Origin: Bacilli bacterium
GTDB taxonomy: Bacteria > Bacillota_I > Bacilli_A > RF39 > UBA660
DNA: 64,000 bases
NCBI GenBank assembly: GCA_017544165.1
Contig: JAFYER010000012.1
Coordinates: 67,401 to 131,400 of the forward strand
Reading direction: 5' to 3'
Below are positions 26,873 through 35,295 of this stretch, piece after piece. The notes beneath the pieces are model-generated. The model searched no databases, was not told where the DNA came from, and was given only the letters and a program-made list of their open reading frames with translations. Each line of letters opens with the position of its first letter. Within the stretch, counting starts at the first letter, position 1. A program made the position numbers and the translations under genes.

Positions 26873-28264
26873 ATGAATAATTATATTAAAAGAATTAAAA
26901 ATGAATTTGCAAGTAGTCCTGATTTAGTAATAAAAAAAATAAACATTAATTTATTACATAAAGTTTATGTAATTTTTTTAGATACATTAAGTAGTCAAGA
27001 TAAAATAAATGACTATATCTTAAAAAAGTTAGTAAATATTAATCTTATTTTTAATATTGAAAATATCTTACCGGGTGGAAATGTAGTTAAATTAAAAAAG
27101 TATGATGAAATAGAGTACTATCTATATAATGGTTTTACTATTGTTATTGATAATAAAAATATATATGCAGTAGAAACAAGAGCAGATATCGTAAGAAGCA
27201 TCTCAACAAATGAAACGGAGCCTTCGATTAAAGGACCTAAAAGTGCCTTTGTGGAAAACTTTCAAATCAATATTGGACTTATAAAGAAAAGAATTAAAAA
27301 TCATCATTTGAAAATTAAAAATATCACTATAGGAAGAATTAGTAATATAAATGTTGGCATATTATATATAGATAATATTGCTAAAAAAGAATTGATAGAA
27401 ACTGTTTATCAAAAACTTGAAAGTGTTGATATAGATCTTATAAATGACTCAGCAGACTTATACCCCTATTTAACTAAAAAAAGCATTTTTCCTACCCTTA
27501 TTTATACCGAAAGACCGGATAGATGTGCTGATGCTCTTGCAAGTGGTAAAATTGTAATTATTTGTGACGAATCGCCAAATGCTATCATTCTTCCTGCTTT
27601 TTTAGTAGATTTTCTTCATCCCTATTCTGATAGATATAATAAATCGGTTAATATCAATCTTACTAAAATAATTAGATTAATTTGTTTTTTCCTATCAATA
27701 ATGGTACCAGCCTTTTATATTTCCATTATCAATTATAATCAAGAGGCTATACCTACAAGTTTAATTATTAATTTTGCAACCCAGCGTAGTGATATTCCTT
27801 TTCCTGCGGTAATCGAGTGCTTTATGATGTTAATTATTTGCGAAATACTAAGAGAAAGTGATTTAAGATTTCCTACCAAATATGGTTCATCCGTCTCCGT
27901 CTTAGGAGCCCTTCTTATCGGAGAAGCTGCCGTAAGTGCTGGCCTTGTAACACCAATTATGATAATTATTACAGCATTTACTTATATATCTTCTTTAATA
28001 TTTACCGATATTGAAATTGGTAACGCCATTAGAACTTATCGTTTTATTTTTTTAATAATAAGTGCCATGTTTGGTCTATATGGCTTTATGATTACTTTTA
28101 TCTTTTTTATCCTTAATTTATGTGATACAAAAAGCTTTGATTTTTTTTATACATTTCCGATATCACCTTTTGATAATAGTTATTTTAAAGATGTCTTTTT
28201 TAAACTAAAAAACAATCTACGAAGTAAATATTTAACTAAAAACATCACAAAGGAAAAACTATGA
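26873..28264 (+). CDS. Spore germination protein, GerA (A-subunit) family
   Basis: The pattern ...SSPDLVIKKININ..., RADIVRSISTNETEPSIKGPKSAFVENF and C-terminal TM segments are typical of GerAA/GerKA. Start moved to ATG 26873 to avoid the overlap with the divergent gene. No obvious SD. Confidence 0.8.
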   Translation: MNNYIKRIKNEFASSPDLVIKKININLLHKVYVIFLDTLSSQDKINDYILKKLVNINLIFNIENILPGGNVVKLKKYDEIEYYLYNGFTIVIDNKNIYAVETRADIVRSISTNETEPSIKGPKSAFVENFQINIGLIKKRIKNHHLKIKNITIGRISNINVGILYIDNIAKKELIETVYQKLESVDIDLINDSADLYPYLTKKSIFPTLIYTERPDRCADALASGKIVIICDESPNAIILPAFLVDFLHPYSDRYNKSVNINLTKIIRLICFFLSIMVPAFYISIINYNQEAIPTSLIINFATQRSDIPFPAVIECFMMLIICEILRESDLRFPTKYGSSVSVLGALLIGEAAVSAGLVTPIMIIITAFTYISSLIFTDIEIGNAIRTYRFIFLIISAMFGLYGFMITFIFFILNLCDTKSFDFFYTFPISPFDNSYFKDVFFKLKNNLRSKYLTKNITKEKL

Positions 28265-29292
28265 AAAAAATATTGTTAATATTCATTATTTTGTTTTTAA
28301 CGGGTTGTTATGATTATATGGAAATAAATGATTTAGGTTTTATTACAGCAATTGGTATTGACTATGAAGAAGATACCTATAAAGCAACATTTGAAATACT
28401 TGATGATAGTGATGATATTCAAAAAATAAAGTCAGAAAGTAAAACAATAAGTAATTTATTTGATAATATCAGTTTAATTATTTCTAAAGTACCTGATTAT
28501 CATCATTTAAAAACAGTTATCATATCTAAAAGCGTAGCTCAAAATCATTTAAAAGAACTAACTGACTTTCTTATTCGAAGTCCCGAGATAAGAAACGAAT
28601 TTTTATTAGTCGTTTGTGAGGGTACAAGTCCTTTAGAACTATTTAAAAAAGATAGTAAAGAAAGTATCGGGGAAAAGATTGCTAAACTTATTAAAACTAG
28701 TAAAAATCAAACAAATATTTCTTATGATAGGTCTTTCGAGGATATTTTAGAAAAAATATTAAATAAAAAAATGGAAGCTACCGCTAGCGTTATTACTTTA
28801 GAAAATGATGAAATCACTTTAAAAGGTATTGGTCTTTTTAAGGGTTACAATTACAAATACTTCCTTGATACTAAAAAATCTTCCTTACTTAACATATTAA
28901 ATAAGGAAAATACCAACTACTCCATCTTTATAGAAAATATGGAAACCAAAATATATGAATCAAATGTTAAATATGATTTTAAAGAAAACACGGTAACTAT
29001 CAATATAAATGCTAAAGCTAAAATAATAGAAAATACTACTCAAATGGATCTAAAAGATAATAAAAACTATTTAATTATTGAAAAAAAGTTAAATAAAGTT
29101 TTAGAAAATGATTTAAATGATTTAATAAATAACTTAAAAGATAATAATATCGATGCTATTAATTTAAATGATAGACAATATAAAAAAACGAGGAAGAATA
29201 GAAATAATTATTTAAAAAATGCTGATATTAAAATTAATATCGATACTAAAATCAATTGGAAAGGATCAATATTTCAAATAGATGAAAACTAA
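28261..29292 (+). CDS. Spore germination lipoprotein, Ger(x)C family
   Basis: Lipobox LFLTGC followed by YDYMEINDLGFITAIGIDY, as in GerAC-type proteins. 4-nt overlap with the A subunit. Confidence 0.72.
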   Translation: MKKILLIFIILFLTGCYDYMEINDLGFITAIGIDYEEDTYKATFEILDDSDDIQKIKSESKTISNLFDNISLIISKVPDYHHLKTVIISKSVAQNHLKELTDFLIRSPEIRNEFLLVVCEGTSPLELFKKDSKESIGEKIAKLIKTSKNQTNISYDRSFEDILEKILNKKMEATASVITLENDEITLKGIGLFKGYNYKYFLDTKKSSLLNILNKENTNYSIFIENMETKIYESNVKYDFKENTVTININAKAKIIENTTQMDLKDNKNYLIIEKKLNKVLENDLNDLINNLKDNNIDAINLNDRQYKKTRKNRNNYLKNADIKINIDTKINWKGSIFQIDEN

Positions 29293-30235
29293 AGAACAAT
29301 TTAGTATAACTTACTTTTTAACAAGACCTTTTTTCTTTGGAATTATCTATTCCCAAATTTTTGGTTTGTCGGAAACTGATAGCATCATATCATGCTTATT
29401 AGGAACAATTATTGGATTATTTATCATCTTTCTAATATCAAAAATGGATTACTCAGATAAAAAATTTAAAACTATTCAAATATTTTTTTACTTATTCTTA
29501 TTTATTTTAGCAATATCATCGATTGAAACATATGCTTCATCTTTCCTGCTTACGAAGACTCCTAAAATAATTATTATAATACCCGCTATAATGCTTGTTA
29601 GTTATGCAAATCAAAAAGATATGAGTGTCATTAAAAAATGTGCTTTTATCTTTGCTATTATAAGCATTTTTTCCACTATCATAATTTGCCTTTTACTAAG
29701 TAATTATCTAAATATTCAAAATATCTTACCATTTTTTTCTCATAAACCCTTAAATATTTTGAAATCAGCAATGATTTTTGGAGTAATGTCAGCATCTCCC
29801 AACATACTTTTAAAAGATGAAAATATCCCATTAAAAAATCATCTTATTTTTTATTTAATTACAACGATAATTAATACCACAATAGCCTTTTTAACTCTTG
29901 CTATTTTAACGCCAGATGTAGCTAAGATTTATAGTTATCCAGAATATATGGTTTTAAAAAGAATAAGAATCTTTGAATTCATTGAGAATATCGAAAATTT
30001 AAGTGTTTTAATATGGTATTTTGATTATTTCTTTTTATTAGTTTATATCTTCAAAAAAATGCAAGAAATCATAAAAAAAAGAGTTATCTTTTTCATAATT
30101 ATTATTATGACAACTCTCTTAACAACCTTTTTTATAGCAAATGATTTTTATATAACAATATGGATTTATAAATACTCATCAATAATCATAAGTACTTTTT
30201 TAATATTATTTATATCCACCTTGAAACATAAATAA
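29282..30235 (+). CDS. Spore germination permease-like protein, Ger(x)B family (tentative)
   Basis: Polytopic membrane protein that overlaps the C-subunit gene by 11 nt. Assignment rests mainly on operon context. Confidence 0.6.
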   Translation: MKTKEQFSITYFLTRPFFFGIIYSQIFGLSETDSIISCLLGTIIGLFIIFLISKMDYSDKKFKTIQIFFYLFLFILAISSIETYASSFLLTKTPKIIIIIPAIMLVSYANQKDMSVIKKCAFIFAIISIFSTIIICLLLSNYLNIQNILPFFSHKPLNILKSAMIFGVMSASPNILLKDENIPLKNHLIFYLITTIINTTIAFLTLAILTPDVAKIYSYPEYMVLKRIRIFEFIENIENLSVLIWYFDYFFLLVYIFKKMQEIIKKRVIFFIIIIMTTLLTTFFIANDFYITIWIYKYSSIIISTFLILFISTLKHK

Positions 30236-30572
30236 CTCTAGTTGTAAAATCTTCATAATTGGCAAATATCTTAATTATTAAATCAATAAAGAATTTAACA
30301 ATATCTGGACAATCCCTTTTTACTTTAGCATTAGTAATTTGTTTTTGAACTTCTCTTCTAAAAAGATAATCATTTATATATTTACTAACAGCAGCATCAA
30401 GTTCTTTAACTTCATTAACCTCTTCTTCATTATAAATATCTATTTTAAAAATATATTCATGATACATTCTAATAATCTTTTGCGTAAGTTCATCATCCGC
30501 AAGGGGATTAAAATCAATTATTTGATAATAATTAGGACAATATTTCAATATTTTTTTATTTTCACTCATCAT
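30210..30572 (-). CDS. Hypothetical protein (120 aa)
   Basis: ORF convergent with the ger operon. No motif recognised. Confidence 0.4.
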   Translation of the reverse strand: MMSENKKILKYCPNYYQIIDFNPLADDELTQKIIRMYHEYIFKIDIYNEEEVNEVKELDAAVSKYINDYLFRREVQKQITNAKVKRDCPDIVKFFIDLIIKIFANYEDFTTRVIYVSRWI

Positions 30573-30686
30573 TTACCACTATCCTAAGTAAATAATAAAC
30601 TAATTTATCATATTTGTAAAGTTTTATAATTGATTTTCTTGCAGTTATATTATTTTAAAGATACAATTATCATAAGGAGACAAACG

Positions 30687-31634
30687 ATGAAAAAAAAGCG
30701 TTTAAAACTAAAAAAGAAAGTTTGGTATATTCTTGTGGCTATTATTTTTATACCAATTTTTATTATCTCATTTTTTAAAGTAAAAAATAATTATGAATAT
30801 AAAAAGACTTATGAATATCGTTTTATAAATGCTGGTTATTCCAAAGAAGAATATCAAGTATTAGCTAAATATTTTGACGATGATTATCTTGAAACACTTT
30901 TAAAAAATGATAAAGATGAAGATTTAATAAAACTAGTTAGTAATAAACATTTTATTTTAGAAAATCTCGATAGATACCAAAAATTATATAACCATTATCA
31001 TAATATAGATATCGACGAAATAGTATTAAATATCAATTTAAATCTCGATTATGATTATTATGAAGTAATCGAAGATACCGACATAAGTAAAAACAACTTA
31101 ATGCTTGTTAATAAATATAATAAACTTCCTGATGATTATGAGCCAGAAGATTTAGTAACAATTGGTGTTAAATATTGTTGGGGTGAAGGTAAAAAAATTC
31201 GTAAGGAAGTTTATGAAAGCTTTATGAAAATGTGGGAAGCTGCTTATGATGATGGCATTTATTTAGTTATTAATCTTGCTTATCGTTCATATGCCGACCA
31301 AGAAGCTATCTATAACCGATTAATGAATCAAAAAAATCGTAAATATGCCGATAGTATTGCTGCAAGGCCAGGACACTCTGAACACCAAACAGGACTTGCT
31401 ATAGATATCTTTGATCGAAATAATACAGATTTTGAAAATAGTGATGCTAACTCATGGCTTCAAGAAAACGCTTATAAATATGGTTTTATTCAAAGATATA
31501 CTGAAGATAACGTTGCTATAACTGGTTTTAATACTGAAAACTATCATTACCGTTATGTAGGAAAAGAAGATGCAAAAAAAATATTCGATCAAAAGATTAC
31601 TTTCGATGAATATTATCATTATAACGTCAAATAA
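30687..31634 (+). CDS. D-alanyl-D-alanine carboxypeptidase, VanY/peptidase M15B family, membrane-anchored
   Basis: SEHQTGLAIDI (HxxxxxxD) and ENYHYRYVG (ExxH) zinc motifs. Start set at ATG 30687, 6 nt after AAGGAGA. Confidence 0.8.
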   Translation: MKKKRLKLKKKVWYILVAIIFIPIFIISFFKVKNNYEYKKTYEYRFINAGYSKEEYQVLAKYFDDDYLETLLKNDKDEDLIKLVSNKHFILENLDRYQKLYNHYHNIDIDEIVLNINLNLDYDYYEVIEDTDISKNNLMLVNKYNKLPDDYEPEDLVTIGVKYCWGEGKKIRKEVYESFMKMWEAAYDDGIYLVINLAYRSYADQEAIYNRLMNQKNRKYADSIAARPGHSEHQTGLAIDIFDRNNTDFENSDANSWLQENAYKYGFIQRYTEDNVAITGFNTENYHYRYVGKEDAKKIFDQKITFDEYYHYNVK

Positions 31635-31946
31635 TTATTTGGCGTTTTTCATTACCTCTAAAATCTTGTCAAAGTCATCATCAATTGCCATTATATTGCG
31701 ATGTATTTCCTTGCATTTATCACATTTATAAACTATTTTATAAGTATCTTTAAATTTATCGATACTTATCGGTTTAAGTATTCCTTGACATTTATTTTGC
31801 CTATCACCAGGATTAATATCGACATGTTTACTACATAGACAATATGGACAGTGATCTCTTGCACTCACCTTAAGTGGTTCCACTTTTTGATGACACTCCT
31901 CACAAACAAAACCATCATCTATCATTTTAAATTTTTTTAAATCCAT
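31635..31946 (-). CDS. RNHCP-domain zinc-ribbon protein
   Basis: CEECHQK...ARDHCPYCLCSKH...CDKC matches the RNHCP-domain pattern. Confidence 0.6.
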   Translation of the reverse strand: MDLKKFKMIDDGFVCEECHQKVEPLKVSARDHCPYCLCSKHVDINPGDRQNKCQGILKPISIDKFKDTYKIVYKCDKCKEIHRNIMAIDDDFDKILEVMKNAK

Positions 31947-32009
31947 AAAAACCTCTTTTGTTCTAGTTTATCATAAAAACCTTTTAAAAATATATACTTT
32001 TAAAAGGAA

Positions 32010-32711
32010 GTGATAATTATTTTCTTTCATTTAATAAATATTATTAAAAATATGTTATTTTTTACAGGTAGTTACTCCAATAATGTATTTTTAGAGCCTC
32101 TTTCTAAAGAGGAAGAAGAAAAATATGTTAAATTAATGTTCGAAGGAAACGCTGATGCAAGAAATAAATTAATCGAACACAATTTAAGGTTAGTAGCGCA
32201 TATTGTTAAAAAATTTTCCGCTAATGATAATATGACTGATGATTTGATTTCAATTGGTACCATTGGTTTAATCAAAGGTATCGACACTTATAAAGATAAT
32301 AAAAAAACAAAAATTACTACGTATGCGGCTAGATGCATTCAAAATGAGATACTCATGTATTTTCGTGCTAATAAAAAAAGTAATAATGATGTTTCCCTAT
32401 CCGATTCAATTGGTTATGATAAAGAAGGAAACGAAATCAATTTAATTGATGTCATCGAAGATAAAACTCCTGATATGATTGAAAACATCTTTTTAAAAGA
32501 TAATATTAAGTCTTTAGAAAAGTATTTAAAACTACTTAATAACCGGGAAAGAGATATAATTGCTAAAAGATATGGTTTAAATGGTGAAGATGAAAAAACC
32601 CAAAAACAGATAGCTAAAGATTTCCATATTTCAAGAAGTTATGTATCGCGAATCGAAAAAAGAGCTTTAACTAAACTTTTAAAAGAATTTATTAAAGAAA
32701 AAAAACAATAA
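32010..32711 (+). CDS. sigK: RNA polymerase sporulation sigma factor K (pro-sigma-K), uninterrupted
   Basis: LIEHNLRLVAHIVKKF, DLISIGTIGLIKGI, TYAARCIQNEILMYFR and ISRSYVSRIEKRAL closely track B. subtilis SigK as I recall it. The GTG 32010 start gives a 21-aa pro-sequence before YSNNVFLEPLS (B. subtilis has YVKNNAFPQPLS). Confidence 0.85.
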   Translation: MIIIFFHLINIIKNMLFFTGSYSNNVFLEPLSKEEEEKYVKLMFEGNADARNKLIEHNLRLVAHIVKKFSANDNMTDDLISIGTIGLIKGIDTYKDNKKTKITTYAARCIQNEILMYFRANKKSNNDVSLSDSIGYDKEGNEINLIDVIEDKTPDMIENIFLKDNIKSLEKYLKLLNNRERDIIAKRYGLNGEDEKTQKQIAKDFHISRSYVSRIEKRALTKLLKEFIKEKKQ

Positions 32712-32769
32712 TTTGTTGAACTAATTGTATATTATATGGTAAAATTTTATTATAGTAAGGTGGTATAAA

Positions 32770-33777
32770 ATGGAGTTTTATAATTCAAAGACAGGTGAAA
32801 GAATACCTGATGATTTAATCAAGAAAGCTTTTGCCGGCGAGATAAAATTAGACAATGTCAGTATTGGTAATAGAAATATGGGTAATACCTCACCCGTTCA
32901 AGAACCAGAAATTGCCAAAGTTGAGGATACACCTAAAAAAGTTCAAGAAGAGCCAGAATTTGAATTTTTTAAGATGGTTAATGATCATGCTGATGATGTC
33001 AAAGCAAGAGAGGTCTTAAGTAGTTATGAAGCGGTTACTCATCGCGATACAAATCCAAGAACTCCCCAAAAACCAGAAGTAAAAAGAAGCGAAGCAGGAA
33101 CTACTCTATATTATAAAGCTTTAAATGCTAGTATTTCTCTTTCTAAAGGCGACGAATCGCCAAAAAATTTACCAAAACGTGATCGTAATCGTAAAAGTAA
33201 AATTGGAACAACAATTATTGCCCTAGCCCTTACGGGAATTATTACAATTACTGCTTATGCTGGTATTGAAAAGGTTGCTAAAAAAGTAAATGAAGGAAAA
33301 GATTTATCCGCAACACGCGAATCAATTAGTACCGTTTTATCTGATTCAAATGATTCAACAAGTATTGTAAAAAGACATACTCATCGTACTGATGATAATC
33401 AAGGATTTTGGTTTGATAATTTTGCAATGGCTGAGGATTTAATAAATAAACTTCCAGACTCAGCATTTGATGCCGCACTATACACCGTTTATCTAGATAT
33501 GGGTCAAAATGTTAGTAATGAATATATCGATAATTTTGGAAGAGTAATAAGTGCATGTGGTAGAATTGCTTCCCCAAGTGATAATCCGATTGCCTACTCA
33601 AGAACGAATAATTGTCATAATTTCGAAGAATTTGCTCGTAAAAATGGTTTTGTCGATGAAAATGGTGAGCCTTCGATGGAAGCATATAAAGCATTTGGAA
33701 TTACAGCAGTTAAAAGTTATCATAATTTTGGTGTAAATGTTGTTACTGAAGAAGGACCAGAATTGGGAGGAAGATAA
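32770..33777 (+). CDS. Bitopic membrane protein, function unknown
   Basis: About 150 aa of charged N-terminal region, one TM segment (IGTTIIALALTGIITITAYAGI) and a roughly 165-aa C-terminal domain. GGTGG SD upstream. Confidence 0.5.
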   Translation: MEFYNSKTGERIPDDLIKKAFAGEIKLDNVSIGNRNMGNTSPVQEPEIAKVEDTPKKVQEEPEFEFFKMVNDHADDVKAREVLSSYEAVTHRDTNPRTPQKPEVKRSEAGTTLYYKALNASISLSKGDESPKNLPKRDRNRKSKIGTTIIALALTGIITITAYAGIEKVAKKVNEGKDLSATRESISTVLSDSNDSTSIVKRHTHRTDDNQGFWFDNFAMAEDLINKLPDSAFDAALYTVYLDMGQNVSNEYIDNFGRVISACGRIASPSDNPIAYSRTNNCHNFEEFARKNGFVDENGEPSMEAYKAFGITAVKSYHNFGVNVVTEEGPELGGR

Positions 33778-33992
33778 TGATTGAATTAGAACAAATAATG
33801 TTAGAAAATGGTGTAGCCTATTCTATTATTAGGGAAAAAGAGTCATACGTTTATTTAATTAATCCCCAAGATGAAAATGACTTTTGTATTAGAAAAAATG
33901 TTACAATTGATGGCGAAGAATATTTAAAAAAATTGGATAGCAAAGAAGAATTTGATTATGCTCTATCGATTTTTAAAAACGAGGATGAATAA
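33777..33992 (+). CDS. Small acidic protein (71 aa), weakly DUF1292-like
   Basis: The ATGA start/stop overlap with the upstream gene suggests translational coupling. The family call is weak. Confidence 0.45.
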   Translation: MIELEQIMLENGVAYSIIREKESYVYLINPQDENDFCIRKNVTIDGEEYLKKLDSKEEFDYALSIFKNEDE

Positions 33993-34004
33993 TTCCTCTT
34001 TTTT

Positions 34005-34034
34005 TATAAAAAAACAATCCTTCGTGGATTGTCA
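34005..34034. terminator. Bidirectional intrinsic terminator
   Basis: Stem acaatcc(34014-34020)/ggattgt(34026-34032), with A7 on the plus side (U7 on the minus strand) and cATTTT on the other side. Confidence 0.7.
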
Positions 34035-34036
34035 TT

Positions 34037-34282
34037 TTAAAATGAATCAATATTGACTCTTACTTTAGGCATTTTATTTAAAAAAGCAAATGCTTGAACT
34101 AAAGTTCTTAGTGAAGTAGCTATTTTACCACCTTTACCAATAACAGCCCCATAATCATCACTATGAACGATTATTTCGACAATTGGTGCTTCATCATCAC
34201 TTTCAAAAAGTTCGACTTTAACCATATCTGAATTCTTAACAATACTTTTTACTAAAAACTCAGTATACTCTTTAATATCCAT
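34037..34282 (-). CDS. KH-domain RNA-binding protein (YlqC-like)
   Basis: 81 aa with the GKGGKIA GxxG loop. Immediately downstream of rpsP, as in many Firmicutes. Confidence 0.8.
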   Translation of the reverse strand: MDIKEYTEFLVKSIVKNSDMVKVELFESDDEAPIVEIIVHSDDYGAVIGKGGKIATSLRTLVQAFAFLNKMPKVRVNIDSF

Positions 34283-34284
34283 AA

Positions 34285-34569
34285 TTATGCCTTCTTACTT
34301 TTTTTAGATTTGCTATCAGCATATTTTTTCATAATGCCTTGGCTACTAAAAATACTTCTTACTGTTTCAGTTGGTTCAGCACCATTATTTAACCATTTTA
34401 ATGCTTTTTCTTCATCAACAGTAACAACTTCTTGACCCTTAATAGGATTATAAGTTCCTACAAGTTCAATAAATTTTCCATCTCTTGGACTTCTTGAATC
34501 AGCGGCAACAATACGATAAAAAGGTTTTTGTTTACCACCCATTCTCTTTAATCTTAATTTAACTGCCAT
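34285..34569 (-). CDS. rpsP: 30S ribosomal protein S16
   Basis: [35 protein letters not shown] is the canonical bS16 N-terminus. Confidence 0.95.
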   Translation of the reverse strand: MAVKLRLKRMGGKQKPFYRIVAADSRSPRDGKFIELVGTYNPIKGQEVVTVDEEKALKWLNNGAEPTETVRSIFSSQGIMKKYADSKSKKSKKA

Positions 34570-34595
34570 AATTTCCTCCTTTTAATAGTACATTT

Positions 34596-34624
34596 AATAT
34601 AACATATTCATATATATGTGTCAA
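34596..34624 (-). promoter_or_regulatory. Sigma-A promoter of rpsP
   Basis: Minus strand reads TTGACA (plus 34619-34624), a 17-nt spacer, then TATATT (plus 34596-34601). Confidence 0.65.
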
Positions 34625-34627
34625 CCT

Positions 34628-35185
34628 TTAATTGTTGACAGTATTATCTAAATAATCATCATTTAAATCATCAACGTTGATATCAAGTTCCTTTTCATTT
34701 TCACTATCAAATATTTCCTCATACTCATCTGCATCTTCCTCGACTGCTATTTTTACTGTAGTATTACCAATTATTTCAACACCCAACTCTTTTTCAACTT
34801 TTAAAGTAATTAGTCCATTTGTAATTTTAACGTCAGTTACTGTTGGTTGTTTTAAGCATTCGACGATTATTTCACATTTATCATCTAATTTGATATTGTT
34901 TTTAAGATTTACGTTCATAATATCACTATAGTTAAATTTTCTAGTCACTACCGTCGTCTTAGTATCGCCTTCGTATGAATACCAGACATTTATATCAAAA
35001 GATCCATTTAAATTTACTTTTCCACTATTTATATGACCTGAAAAAGCATGATTGATAACCCAACAGCCCAAAACAGTATTTGGTTTTTCATCACATTCGA
35101 TTTCAAAAGTTGAATTACTATTTTTCTTACATTTACCGATTATTGCTTTCGTAACAATTTCCTTATAACTAGTCAAATATATCAC
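34628..35185 (-). CDS. cotE: Outer spore coat morphogenetic protein CotE
   Basis: YKEIVTKAIIGK..., LGCWVINH and DINVWYSY plus the acidic C-terminal tail parallel B. subtilis CotE as I recall it. The true start may be TTG 35176, which gives M-TSYKEIV after the GGAAGGTG SD. Confidence 0.8.
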   Translation of the reverse strand: MIYLTSYKEIVTKAIIGKCKKNSNSTFEIECDEKPNTVLGCWVINHAFSGHINSGKVNLNGSFDINVWYSYEGDTKTTVVTRKFNYSDIMNVNLKNNIKLDDKCEIIVECLKQPTVTDVKITNGLITLKVEKELGVEIIGNTTVKIAVEEDADEYEEIFDSENEKELDINVDDLNDDYLDNTVNN

Positions 35186-35195
35186 CTTCCTAATT

Positions 35196-35222
35196 TAATG
35201 TATGCAACCTATTATTAAAAGT
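35196..35222 (-). promoter_or_regulatory. Mother-cell (sigma-K/sigma-E-like) promoter candidate for cotE
   Basis: Minus strand reads AC, a 16-nt spacer, then CATACATTA. This fits the sigma-K consensus (AC, 16-17 nt, CATAnnnTA) and also resembles the sigma-E -10 element CATACAnT. Confidence 0.4.
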
Positions 35223-35262
35223 ACACAAATGACAAATATCACTAGTCTTAAAAAAATTTTTT

Positions 35263-35271
35263 TGATATAAT
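35263..35271 (+). promoter_or_regulatory. Extended -10 promoter element (TGaTATAAT) upstream of the HerA-like gene
   Basis: tgatataat at 35263-35271. The -35 element is weak. Confidence 0.4.
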
Positions 35272-35295
35272 TATCAATAGTAAAGGGTGACTAGA

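Noticed and set aside
32010-32711. Possible sigK-intervening (skin-like) element, as in B. subtilis and some clostridia
   Set aside because: The sigK ORF is continuous from the pro-sequence to region 4.2, and no recombinase gene is nearby. The gene is intact.
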